The notes: generated by a model from the sequence alone, not told the origin. DNA of 64,000 nt from an uncultured Verrucomicrobiae bacterium (GCA_963806855.1 CAWDYW010000001.1:768001-832000), one strand, 5' to 3'. Numbered from the stretch's first letter, positions 53,404 to 63,774 are shown. Program-made: numbers and translations.

Positions 53404-55884
53404 ATGGGATCTGATGCTGACAAACCTGAGGACTTAAAATCTCTCCCTCTGGAAGAGGTAAAGAAAAAATTGGGATTCTCTCCGGATGGTCTTAGTGCAT
53501 CCGAGGCGGCAAAACGGCTGACTCAATATGGGCCTAATGAGATCGAAGAAAAGAAAACGAACCCGTTTCTAAAATTCCTCACCTATTTTTGGGGACCTAT
53601 TCCATGGATGATTGAAATAGCGGTGATTCTGTCCGGCGTGGTGCGCCACTGGCCCGATTTTTTCATTATTCTCCTTTTACTGCTTTCCAATGCCGTGGTC
53701 GGATTCTGGGAAGAATACAAGGCAGCAGGCGCCATTGCTGCCCTGAAAGCCGAGCTTGCGGTTAAGGCTCGAGTAAAACGCGATGGGAAGTGGAGCACTC
53801 CGGCTTCACGTGAGTTGGTCCCAGGAGATGTCATTCGATTGCGCTCGGGCGACATTGTCCCCGCGGATGCAAGGCTAATGGATGGCGATCCAGTAGAGGT
53901 AGATCAATCTGCATTAACGGGAGAATCGTTGCCCGTAGAGAAGAAATCAGGCGAGGCTGTGTTTTCAGGATCGATTGTCCGCCAAGGTGAAATCGGAGCA
54001 CTTGTCTACGGGACTGGTATGAATACCTACTTTGGTAAGACAGCGCAACTGGTGCAAGAGGCTCACACTGTTAGTCATTTTCAAAAGGCGGTTATGAAGA
54101 TCGGCGATTACCTGATCATTTTAGCAGGCGTTTTGGTTGCGGGAATTATTACCGTCGCGATCTTCCGAGGCGATCCGATACTCACTACATTGCAGTTCGC
54201 CTTAGTCCTGACCGTAGCCTCGATTCCCGTGGCAATGCCAACGGTATTATCGGTAACGATGGCGGTCGGGGCACGCTTGCTCGCCAAGAAAAAAGCGATT
54301 GTGAGCCGCTTGGTGGCTATCGAGGAGTTGGCAGGCGTAGATATTCTGTGTGCGGACAAGACCGGCACATTGACCCAGAACAAGCTAACACTCGGGGATC
54401 CATTCAGCGTAAACAATATCTCCACCGAGCAAGTGATCCTTTATGCCGCTCTTGCATCGCGCGAAGATGATAACGACGCCATTGATCTCGCCGTTTTGGG
54501 TGGTTTGAAAAGTAAAGATGCGCTCCAAGGTTATCAAATGGTCCATTTCCAGCCGTTTGATGCGGTGCATAAACGGACTGAAGCCACCATCAAGGATAAA
54601 GACGGCAAGGAATTCAAGGTGACAAAAGGGGCGCCGCAAGTAATTATGGCCTTGTCAGCCAATGCTGCCCAAGTGAAGGCCGCAGTTGCAAAAGCCGTCA
54701 ATGAATTCGCAGCGCATGGCTTTCGATCACTCGGAGTGGCGCTGGCTGATGGAGATGGCGGGTGGCAGTTTCTCGGCGTATTGCCCCTGTTCGATCCACC
54801 GAGAGAAGACGCCAAGGCAACTATTGCAACCGCAGAACAAATGGGCGTGAAGATCAAGATGGTGACTGGAGATCAACTCGCCATAGCCAAGGAGACTGCC
54901 AAAAAATTAGGGATGGGCACAGACATTCTCGATGCTACGGGCCTTGGCGATGTAAAGAAGCAAGAGACAGCTCAGATGGCCGAGTCGATCGAGAAGGCCG
55001 ACGGCTTCGCTCAGGTATTCCCCGAACACAAATTCCACATTGTGGATGTCCTGCAAAAACGAGGCCATATCGTCGGCATGACCGGCGACGGGGTGAATGA
55101 CGCGCCTGCACTAAAAAAAGCCGACTGTGGCATCGCCGTTTCAAGCGCGACGGATGCAGCTCGCGCGGCAGCGGCTATCGTGCTCCTAATGCCAGGTCTT
55201 TCCGTCATCATTGATGCGATCAAGGAGAGCCGCCGCATCTTCCAACGGATGAATAGCTACGCAATTTATCGCATCGCCGAGACATTACGCGTTCTGTTTT
55301 TCATGACACTATCCATTCTTGTCTTTAATTTTTATCCATTGACGGCAGTGATGATCGTGATGCTGGCATTGCTTAACGACGGCGCCATTCTATCTATTGC
55401 CTATGACAACGTCCATTATAAGAATCAGCCTGAAGGCTGGAATATGCGGATGGTGCTTGGGGTTGCAACAGCCCTCGGACTCATTGGTGTTGTGGCAGCC
55501 TTCGGCTTATTTTATCTCGGTGAACGCGTCTTCCATCTCGATCGTCCACATATCCAGACACTGATGTATTTGAAGTTGTCCGTGGCCGGGCACTTGACGA
55601 TTTTCCTGACCCGAACGCGCGGTCCATTCTGGTCCATACGCCCTGCAAATATTTTGTGGGGAGCGGTACTGGGCACGCAAATGATAGCGACTTTGATTGC
55701 AGTTTACGGACTCCTCATGACACCCCTCGGCTGGAAATGGGCTGGTTTTGTTTGGGGTTATGCGCTTGCCTGGTTTCTCGTCAATGACCAAGTGAAATGG
55801 CTCGCATATCGGATTTTTGATCCAGCCAAAAAACCTAAGCCTGACGCCAAGAAGGAGATCAAGAAAGATCGACCTCCTAAATAA
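53404..55884 (+). CDS. Plasma-membrane-type proton-efflux P-type ATPase (P3A)
   Basis: TGES, IPVAMP, DKTGTLT, KGAP, GDGVNDAPALKKAD, LLNDG. Confidence 0.92.
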   Translation: MGSDADKPEDLKSLPLEEVKKKLGFSPDGLSASEAAKRLTQYGPNEIEEKKTNPFLKFLTYFWGPIPWMIEIAVILSGVVRHWPDFFIILLLLLSNAVVGFWEEYKAAGAIAALKAELAVKARVKRDGKWSTPASRELVPGDVIRLRSGDIVPADARLMDGDPVEVDQSALTGESLPVEKKSGEAVFSGSIVRQGEIGALVYGTGMNTYFGKTAQLVQEAHTVSHFQKAVMKIGDYLIILAGVLVAGIITVAIFRGDPILTTLQFALVLTVASIPVAMPTVLSVTMAVGARLLAKKKAIVSRLVAIEELAGVDILCADKTGTLTQNKLTLGDPFSVNNISTEQVILYAALASREDDNDAIDLAVLGGLKSKDALQGYQMVHFQPFDAVHKRTEATIKDKDGKEFKVTKGAPQVIMALSANAAQVKAAVAKAVNEFAAHGFRSLGVALADGDGGWQFLGVLPLFDPPREDAKATIATAEQMGVKIKMVTGDQLAIAKETAKKLGMGTDILDATGLGDVKKQETAQMAESIEKADGFAQVFPEHKFHIVDVLQKRGHIVGMTGDGVNDAPALKKADCGIAVSSATDAARAAAAIVLLMPGLSVIIDAIKESRRIFQRMNSYAIYRIAETLRVLFFMTLSILVFNFYPLTAVMIVMLALLNDGAILSIAYDNVHYKNQPEGWNMRMVLGVATALGLIGVVAAFGLFYLGERVFHLDRPHIQTLMYLKLSVAGHLTIFLTRTRGPFWSIRPANILWGAVLGTQMIATLIAVYGLLMTPLGWKWAGFVWGYALAWFLVNDQVKWLAYRIFDPAKKPKPDAKKEIKKDRPPK

Positions 55885-55907
55885 GATGAAGAATAATGCT
55901 AATCTGG

Positions 55908-56073
55908 TATACCCCGCCTCGCCCAAAAGTGTGAATTTGGACCGCGCCAAAGCCTCGAGGTTCAACTGTTTTTCCGAGGGTTGTATGTATTCGATACTAC
56001 CCTCGGAAAAACAGCTGAACCGCGAGAGCTTTGGCGCGGTCCAAATTCACACTTTTGGGCGAGGCGGGGTATA
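55908..56073. mobile_element. TATACC-family palindrome, full length (166 bp), inverted relative to 9761 copy
   Basis: TATACCCCGCCTCGCCCAAAAG...CTTTTGGGCGAGGCGGGGTATA; loop is reverse complement of that in copy 1. Confidence 0.85.
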
Positions 56074-56240
56074 ACTGACTGGAAAGCATGTTGTATGTAT
56101 AACCATAAGAGGGGCTGAAATGAAAAACAAGAGCTCGTTTTCTGTATTAATATTTTTCATAATTATAGCGATCGAATTTGTCGAAGACTACAAAAAAATA
56201 GGATTGGGCTACGGAGGCTATAGAGAGGACCAGGAATATT

Positions 56241-56801
56241 ATGGCCAAAGCGGTCAAATCTAAGCTTTCTCCTAGCAAGGCGATCTACTCCATCGGACAC
56301 TCCACGCGCTCTATTGAAGAGTTTATTGATCTTTTAAAAGCTTATGATATTGAAACGGTGATCGATATCAGAACAATCCCTCGATCTAGACACTGCCCGC
56401 AGTTTAATAAAGAAGAGCTAAAGCAGTCTCTGAAAAATGCTAAAATCGGGTATCGGCACCTGAAAGAACTAGGTGGACTGCGCCACGCCTTAAAAAACTC
56501 GACGAATACCGGTTGGATCAACGCCTCTTTTCGCGGCTATGCCGATTACATGCAAACTCCTGATTTTGAGAAGGGACTGGAGAAATTAGAGAAGATCTCT
56601 CAAAATAAACGGTGCGCCCTAATGTGCGCAGAAGCTCTATACTGGCGCTGCCATCGCAGCTTGGTTGCAGATGCCCTGATTTTGAAAAAATGGAAAGTCT
56701 TTCATATATTAAGTAAGAAATCCGCTAAGCTGCATAAACGCACTTCATTTTTAAGAGTAAAGAAAGGAAAGATGATTTATCCTTCTTCTTCTGAGATCTG
56801 A
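56241..56801 (+). CDS. DUF488 family protein
   Basis: YSIGHS, DIRTIPRSR, LGG, LMCAE...CHR. Confidence 0.88.
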   Translation: MAKAVKSKLSPSKAIYSIGHSTRSIEEFIDLLKAYDIETVIDIRTIPRSRHCPQFNKEELKQSLKNAKIGYRHLKELGGLRHALKNSTNTGWINASFRGYADYMQTPDFEKGLEKLEKISQNKRCALMCAEALYWRCHRSLVADALILKKWKVFHILSKKSAKLHKRTSFLRVKKGKMIYPSSSEI

Positions 56802-56842
56802 GAAATCTGTATACTAGTAATTTCGTCAGGGAATGGGGACAG

Positions 56843-56958
56843 CCGACTTCGGGTCCAAACGCAATCCAAATTTTTGGCTGCCTCAGCCTCTCAAAATTAG
56901 CCTCACGGAGTGAGGTTTGTATTGGGGCGGCTGGATGCATTCAAAACTTTTGACTGCC
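56843..56958. repeat. Second dispersed intergenic repeat family (mosaic)
   Basis: CCGACTTCGGGTCCAAAC...CCAAATTTTTGGCT similar to 60544-60580 and 33872-33910; GGCTGGATGCATTCA also at 32677. Confidence 0.6.
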
Positions 56959-57023
56959 TTAGAATCTTACAATCTATATAATTTAACAGGACCTTTACCT
57001 ATAAACAGGAACCTTTCAAGATC

Positions 57024-57875
57024 ATGATTAAGTACCTAGTCACAATCCTATGCGCGGCAAATTTTGTTGTGAATGGTGTAGAATTAGATATCTCTCAAGC
57101 AATTTCTGATGCGGAACTCCAAAATTTAACCATCCCTGAAGAACATGAATATAGGATTCCTACACTAAATCATTATGGCTATATGTTTACAAAATTTGAT
57201 CCTATTGTAGAACGTTTTCTTCAACGGATTGAAGAGAACCCAAACCAAGCTTTCTTTGAAGTAGGAGGGGCATATGGAAATGTCGCGGAAATAGCTCTAG
57301 AAAAAGGGATTGAAAATTATTACCTAAACGATTGTGAAGAGCGTCATTTAAAATCTTTTGCCAGAAAGTTAAAAGAAAATGGAAAAATGCATCTATTCCA
57401 AGGGCTTCATTTGATTAGTGGCAAATGTCCTGAAGATATTGTGATAACAGAAAGTAGCTTTGATGCAATACTTGTCAATAAAGTGCTTCATTTTTTTACT
57501 CCTGAAACAGTCGATACATTTGTTCAATGGCTGAATGATGCGATGAAACCTGGAGGAAAGGTATTTGTTTTGACTATTAGCCCCTTTTATAAAGGACATG
57601 AGGAATTGCTAAAGGACTATCAAAAGAAAAAGGAAGAAGGGTTTAGGTTTCCTGGATATTGCTCAATGTACAACCAATCCAATCCCGCCCAGAAATATTC
57701 CTCAGAAGCACGCCCTACCAGTTTGTTATTTATGGAACTCGACACTTTAAAACTTCTTTTTCTACAACACGGGTTTCAGATCGAAGAAGAATTTGAATTA
57801 GCTGTTATTAATAGCGACAATCCTGAATGGAGACCTGGCAAGGATCTGGTTGGCATCATTGCTCATAAACTTTAA
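57024..57875 (+). CDS. Class I SAM-dependent methyltransferase with hydrophobic N-terminus
   Basis: FEVGGAYG, SFDAIL...VLHF, MKPGG. Confidence 0.8.
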   Translation: MIKYLVTILCAANFVVNGVELDISQAISDAELQNLTIPEEHEYRIPTLNHYGYMFTKFDPIVERFLQRIEENPNQAFFEVGGAYGNVAEIALEKGIENYYLNDCEERHLKSFARKLKENGKMHLFQGLHLISGKCPEDIVITESSFDAILVNKVLHFFTPETVDTFVQWLNDAMKPGGKVFVLTISPFYKGHEELLKDYQKKKEEGFRFPGYCSMYNQSNPAQKYSSEARPTSLLFMELDTLKLLFLQHGFQIEEEFELAVINSDNPEWRPGKDLVGIIAHKL

Positions 57876-57937
57876 AATCATAAAGATTTAATTTTCAAGA
57901 TCTTGGGTGCCTTTGAAACGAACGGGTAGATTCTGCG

Positions 57938-58027
57938 TATACCCCGACTCGCCCAAAAGTGTGAATTTGGACCCACGCGAAAGCTCTCGCGGTTCCAAAT
58001 TCACACTTTTGGGCGAGTCGGGGTATA
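57938..58027. mobile_element. TATACC-family palindrome, short form (90 bp)
   Basis: TATACCCCGACTCGCCCAAAAGTGTGAATTTGGA...TCCAAATTCACACTTTTGGGCGAGTCGGGGTATA. Confidence 0.85.
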
Positions 58028-58089
58028 ACTCTTCAAAAACTTGACAACGAAAATTTCGTTGTGGATAGTGTTCTGCGGAGGAATCAACT

Positions 58090-59834
58090 ATGAAAATCAA
58101 ATTTATTACCCTCGCTTTAGTAACTGCTACAGTCAACCTTTTTGGCGATCAATCTTCTCCTTATCGATGCAAAATGTCGGGAAACGAACTAGAGGCAGAT
58201 ATCATAGTAATCGGTGGTGGAGCGGCAGGTTGCATATTGATGAACCAGCTATCAGAGAATGGTCTCTTTTCAGTATTAGGAATAGAGGGGGGGCTAAATT
58301 TAACAAATGATCCAGCAATAGAGGCTGTGGGTCTCCCAGCATTCCTATTGGCTGGGACAGGAAAGGCCCAGTATTTTTGGCCAGGATGGAATCAAACCTT
58401 ACCAATGGCAGGGCTCAATGGACGAACAAGTGATTGGACAACAGGAATGGTCTTGGGTGGTGGCTCATCGATTAACGGATTATACTATGGTCGTGGCTCG
58501 AACGCCGTGTACTCGCGTTGGGAAGAAGTTTCTGGCAGCAGCAATTGGAGTCTGGACAATATTCTGGCAACCTTCAATGCTCTTGAGAACTACCAAGGAT
58601 TGACAATCACACCAGGGGCACGAGGAGACAACGGTCCTGTCAATGTGCTACAGACACCTACGGTGTCGCAGATAACATCGCAAGTACTATTGCCCGCGTG
58701 CACAGGCAGCGTTTCCTGGAATTCCAACTGTAGAGGACTATAATGATCCGAGTGTGGAGAATTGCATAGACCCTCGTGCTCAGTGGTTTATTGACCCTAC
58801 AGGCACCAAACGAGTGAGTAGCGCGACAGCATATTTAAATAGCACGGTGATGACGCCAGAAGGTCAAGGAGTTAATGGACACAAACTGTTTATGCTCTTC
58901 GATTCGGTAGCTGTGAAAATAATATTCGACAAACATGGGCGTGCCAAAAAAGTAAAATATATAAAGGACGGTAAACTCTTCGAAGCAAGAGCTCGGAAAG
59001 CCGTTGTTTTGGCGGGTGGCATCAACAGTAGCAAGTTGCTACAGCTTTCGGGCATAGGACCGTCGGCAAGCGCTAAAGAATGCAGGGATCAAGCCCGTTT
59101 TCATCAATGAGAACGTAGGAAAACATCTCCAAAACCATCCGCTCATTTTTATTTCGATGCTAGCAGATCCCGCACTTAGTGGTATACCACCTGGAGCTCC
59201 GTATGCATTTACTATCAATAATGTCTACTTGCCAGTAGTGGGCGGTAGTGCCAGCGACCCACGAATGCTACAGATTTTGTTCGAATACATACCGGCTACC
59301 GCACAGACACCTCCGTTAGTAGTCATTGGATTTGATCTTTTGAACCCAGTGAGTGAGGGAAGTGTCGCAATCCAAAGTGACAACTCATTTCAGATAGCCG
59401 CAGCGGACGACGGCTTTTACCAAAATCCTATAGACCTGGAGAATATGAAGAGTGCCGTCCAGGTCTATATTCGCGCTCTGCTAAATCAACTAGTATCTTG
59501 TACCCATTTCCCTCGCCTTACTTTAAACCCATTTTAAGTGACCCGATCAACTTAGTCATCTTTTCTAAGCTATGACGACGCAGTGGTTGAGCAGTATGTG
59601 AAAAATAACAGCAATCTTTCACTGGATATACACCACTTTGTATCGCACTGTAAAATGGCTCCTCTGAACGCCGGAGGTGTGGTAGATGGCGACACACGTG
59701 TTTATGGCACAAAGAACGTTTTTGTAGCGGACAACTCCATCTGTCCGGTGATTCCTGATATTAATACTGCAGCACCAGCTATGATGATCGGATTACGGAG
59801 TAGCGAAATTCTGAAACGTGTCTTGCAGCAATGA
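58090..59834 (+). CDS. Secreted GMC oxidoreductase (several frameshifts)
   Basis: GGGAAG, LGGGSSING, LQLSGIGP, NVGKHLQNH, VADNSICP...NTAAPAMMIG. Confidence 0.85.
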
Positions 59835-59857
59835 AAAATCACAATGAGATCATCAAC

Positions 59858-60506
59858 ATGAAAAAAAATATTCTGTTACTTTTAATGTCACTCTTATTTT
59901 TCATGGCAGCTGATGCACAAGCTCAAGAATGTGCGAAACTGCTGTTATGAAGACAGCTGCTGTGTTGATGAGACGAATTTCTATGCTAAGATTTTGAGCG
60001 GTGCTAATTTCTTGCAAAACACTACAATCGAAGGAAACAAATCCACATATCAGACAGGGTATATTATTGCCGGTTCGTTGGGTTATTGTTGGCCTTATGG
60101 CTTGCGTTTGGAAGCTGAATATGCTTTTAGAAGAAATGCTATAAGAAAAATCCATTTCTTTGGAGAAGGTTTTTCCAAGCATGGACATTTCCAAACTTCC
60201 TCGTATATGGCCAACCTATTATGGGATTTGCCTTTATCTTCGTGGGGATGCGCATTTTGGAATATCCAACCTTTTATTGGAGCTGGCATAGGCTATGATT
60301 TCCAACAAATGCATTCCTCAAATTCTCGTATTGTTTTTAACCAAAAGTGGAACCATTTTTCTTGGCAAGTGATGGCTGGGTTAGCCTATCCGATCTTCTG
60401 CAATACAGAGATTACTTTGGAATACAAATTCCATCAGGGAGGCTGTCATTTCTATAACCACTCCCTCGGAGTTGGGCTCGTATATAAATTTGGCTTCTTA
60501 AGGTAG
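59858..60506 (+). CDS. Outer-membrane beta-barrel protein with Cys-rich N-terminus (one frameshift near 59936)
   Basis: Signal MKKNILLLLMSLLFFMAADAQA; GLRLEAEY, PFIGAGIG, WQVMAG, terminal VYKF. Confidence 0.75.
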
Positions 60507-60523
60507 TATACCCCGCTTCGCCC
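60507..60523. repeat. Truncated TATACC-family end fused to second repeat family
   Basis: TATACCCCGCTTCGCCC directly after the OMP stop codon. Confidence 0.65.
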
Positions 60524-60642
60524 TCTCAAGCTCGACAATGCCTCCGACTTCGAGTCCAAACAGAAGCCAAACTTTTGGCTTTCTCCGCTTGTGAATTATA
60601 TTATTGCCTGCGTAATTAAAACTGGTAAAATTATCCTGTCTA

Positions 60643-61758
60643 TCAATTGATTTCAGTGAGATTAGTTTGACTCCGTATTATTGACATCACCCGCCGAAAC
60701 TCCTCCGCAGAATAGGGGTCTGTTTTTTCCAAGGCATGTTCAATAGAGCTTAACACCCATGGCTCAAAACAGTCCAAAAGACATCCTTTTCCAACCAGTA
60801 ATTCAAAGTACCGTCTATACTCAGAAAAATTACTGTAAAGTGCATTAAGCATCGCTGATTGCTCGTGAGTGGCAACCGCTTGACCCTTACTAATTATATT
60901 CTGGATATATTCGTAGTTCCCCCCTCTTGAATGTTCTCCTTCAGAGGTCTTTATAACTGTTAATAACGATCCTGTGCTTCCAAAAAGAGAGGAAGAGCAG
61001 CTCATCGAAATAGCACTTCGCGAAAATAATCTCCTAAAATTGCCAGCAAAAAACTTGAACTGGTCCAGAGACAAGTGTGAGTCGGTGGTGGGGTGATATT
61101 TTCTTTCTAAGGTTATGTAGTCAACAAGATGACGGAAAAACAATTTTTCTTCATCAAAACTCCGCGACATATCCCCTCGGATGATTCTATGCTCACTCAA
61201 ATCCAAACCTCGCGTGATTTTATGATCACTCGAATCAACTAATACCTTAAATGGTGTAATACCCCAGAATTCTTCTGTAATCCTGCCTCCTTTTTGAAGC
61301 AGGGTCTCGATGACATCCCAATGGATTTTATTGAAAGAACCCATCACTTTTAAAGCTCGCTCAAGCGGGGTATAGCCGAGAGCTGCTTCGGATACATTGA
61401 CATCAGAAATTTTCTCGAGCAGAAGATTCAACATCTCCAGATTAGGATCAGCATCCTCTCTTAGACAATCCATGTAAAAATGGACGATGGACCCTAAGGT
61501 GCTTGCTGGGGAGTCTTCAGGATCGGCCCCGAGCTCAAATAAAGCCTGAGTAGCTGGGATGTCGTCGCATTTTACAGCAAATTCGAGAATAGTATAGGTT
61601 TTAAAACCATCCTTAAACCGATATTTAAGTACATCCCCAGGCGCTTGCTGAAGGGCCCACTTCAGATTGTCTGAAGTAGCGTTAAGTTCATGTCCATAAA
61701 CTGAATAATAAACCTGATCTCTAATTATTCCAGCAAAACGAAATACTGAAGATGCCAT
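60643..61758 (-). CDS. Ankyrin-repeat-like protein
   Basis: TILEFAV...LFELGADP, DVN...GYTPLERA...LLQKGG. Confidence 0.6.
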   Translation of the reverse strand: MASSVFRFAGIIRDQVYYSVYGHELNATSDNLKWALQQAPGDVLKYRFKDGFKTYTILEFAVKCDDIPATQALFELGADPEDSPASTLGSIVHFYMDCLREDADPNLEMLNLLLEKISDVNVSEAALGYTPLERALKVMGSFNKIHWDVIETLLQKGGRITEEFWGITPFKVLVDSSDHKITRGLDLSEHRIIRGDMSRSFDEEKLFFRHLVDYITLERKYHPTTDSHLSLDQFKFFAGNFRRLFSRSAISMSCSSSLFGSTGSLLTVIKTSEGEHSRGGNYEYIQNIISKGQAVATHEQSAMLNALYSNFSEYRRYFELLVGKGCLLDCFEPWVLSSIEHALEKTDPYSAEEFRRVMSIIRSQTNLTEIN

Positions 61759-61976
61759 AAATACCCCTCATAAGAAGAGCAGAATTTTATGCCAGCATCC
61801 AAGTTATACACAACCAGAATTTTTTCCGAGCATTTTTTTGGCCGATAGGCTGGCCCTCGCGCGGGGACTTAAGTCTCCCGTTTCCGAGGGCCGGTCTCCG
61901 CTCGTTTTAAAATTTTTGACTGGAAACGATTTCAAATTCCTTCTAAAATCTGCTCCTTTAACGGACCGAGGTTGTC

Positions 61977-63131
61977 ATGAGAAACAGAAATTATTTAATT
62001 ACTCTCTCTATTCTTTCTTGTTTAATTTGTACGAGTTTAAAGGCTGTCGAAGAAAAGGACTGGGTAAATTGCTGGAGTACTCCTGAGCTTCCTGGTACAG
62101 AATGGCTGCCGTCTATCGATGTGGATGAACTCGAAGGCTATTCTATTTCGGTGACGTACGCGTTAGATGGAGGGAGATTTGGAGACCAAATAACCAATTA
62201 TGTTAAGGCCTTGTGGATTTCCTGGAAATATAACCTTCCCTTGATTTATCGCCCCTTTGACTACAGCGATCAGTTAGTGTTATCGGATTTTCATAAGACT
62301 ACTTTAAATGAAGGGGTTATAAAATCTTTTTCAGCAAAATTCGGATACTTTTCTTTTTTGGAACTAGAGAAAACAGCAAAAGTATTTGCTTATCTTAACA
62401 AAGAAACCAACCATCAAAATGACAAAAACAAGCAGTTGCTGTGGAACATTGGTTTGTTAACACCTTTCATCGAGGAGCATTTTTGTGAAAAGCTCGATAA
62501 TGAAGAGTTTAGAAGCCTTCTTCAAAAGCTAGTAAAGCCTAAAGGGGACTTAGCTCTTTTGCCGCTGCCAATAGATCGTAAGACAATAGCTATTCATGTG
62601 AGGACAGGTGTAGGATATGATTTAGAGGTTAATATTCGTAATATGCCTACGAAATTTCCTCCAGATTCTTTTTACTTAGCCGGTCTTAAGCAAGCAGCAA
62701 TATATTTCAAGGAAGAGCCATTATATATCTATATTTTTACAGATCATCCAGAGCCTACTGTGATCGAAGATAAATTTCTTAAAGCATTAAAAATTTGGGG
62801 AATTGAAAACGAGGTGATTATGGATTGCCGTAGATCAGGGAATACTCATACTCAAAATGTTCTAGAAGACATGTTTTCCATGGCCCAATTTGATTGTTTA
62901 ATTCATCCCGACTCTAGCTTATCCAGGCTTGCTGCTATCATTGCTGCGCCCATCTTAGTGATAAAACCTTCTCATTGGGCAGAGCATCGGAAAGGTGAAG
63001 ATGGCGCCTCGATTCTGGATAAACAGGGGAATAAAATCATCGATCCTTTAGTTGTTGAGAGGGTAGAAAGAGGCAGATCTATTCGTGATATGCATGTGGT
63101 TCCCATTGAGTCTTCGATGCTTTTTGATTAG
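61977..63131 (+). CDS. GT11 (alpha-1,2-fucosyltransferase)-like glycosyltransferase
   Basis: GGRFGDQ, AIHVRTG, FTD, DMFSMAQFDCLI...SSLS. Confidence 0.65.
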   Translation: MRNRNYLITLSILSCLICTSLKAVEEKDWVNCWSTPELPGTEWLPSIDVDELEGYSISVTYALDGGRFGDQITNYVKALWISWKYNLPLIYRPFDYSDQLVLSDFHKTTLNEGVIKSFSAKFGYFSFLELEKTAKVFAYLNKETNHQNDKNKQLLWNIGLLTPFIEEHFCEKLDNEEFRSLLQKLVKPKGDLALLPLPIDRKTIAIHVRTGVGYDLEVNIRNMPTKFPPDSFYLAGLKQAAIYFKEEPLYIYIFTDHPEPTVIEDKFLKALKIWGIENEVIMDCRRSGNTHTQNVLEDMFSMAQFDCLIHPDSSLSRLAAIIAAPILVIKPSHWAEHRKGEDGASILDKQGNKIIDPLVVERVERGRSIRDMHVVPIESSMLFD

Positions 63132-63165
63132 GGGGAGTTGGTCCACTTTCCAGATCATGCCATAT

Positions 63166-63774
63166 ATGAGCAAGGCCCTTAAATGTAATCCTTTATACAG
63201 AACCGCTCTAACTCTGGTTAGTGCTGCTATTTGTTTGGGTATATCTTCTGTAAAGTCTGAAACTCCTTCTGAACCATCGATTGCAAAAACCATGTTGCAT
63301 AAGAGCGCAATCATCGATTCCATTGATAACATGAGTCGAATAAACCACACGATTAATCCGTTGACATCAGAAGAGTTTGATACAATTATGAATGAAGATC
63401 GCAACTCTTCATATAGTCAGGTTATGTTAGATGAAGAGTCGAATTTAAAAGGCTTCATATTGGCAAGCCCCAGTCAAGAGCGTCTTTTTAATAAGGAACC
63501 TGGTCTCAATATTGTTGTCATCGATAAGCTAGGAATTCTACCAAACTTCAGACAATGTGGCATTGCAAAAAAATTACTCCATTCTGTCGCACAAAAAGCA
63601 GTAGACCAAAAGGTCGATGAGGTACGCGTTTTGGTTTACAAAGACAACAAGATTGCCAGCGATGTATACTTTAAATATGGCTTTGATTACGCCTGTTTCG
63701 AAAAAGACGAACCATATGAGGCCTTTTTGTTGCGCGTAAAGCCTCAAACTCTATTCGAAAAAACTGCTTATTGA
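63166..63774 (+). CDS. GNAT family acetyltransferase with hydrophobic N-terminus
   Basis: LGILPNFRQCGIAKKLL, N..A..VYFKYGF; start uncertain. Confidence 0.75.
   Translation: MSKALKCNPLYRTALTLVSAAICLGISSVKSETPSEPSIAKTMLHKSAIIDSIDNMSRINHTINPLTSEEFDTIMNEDRNSSYSQVMLDEESNLKGFILASPSQERLFNKEPGLNIVVIDKLGILPNFRQCGIAKKLLHSVAQKAVDQKVDEVRVLVYKDNKIASDVYFKYGFDYACFEKDEPYEAFLLRVKPQTLFEKTAY

Noticed and set aside
50761..55238. Numerous antisense ORFs within xfp, fba and the ATPase
   Set aside because: Shadow ORFs expected opposite GC-richer coding sequence; no motifs
61853..61892. GC-rich hairpin as an ncRNA or tRNA fragment
   Set aside because: No recognisable RNA family features; shares sequence with the dispersed repeat at 63889
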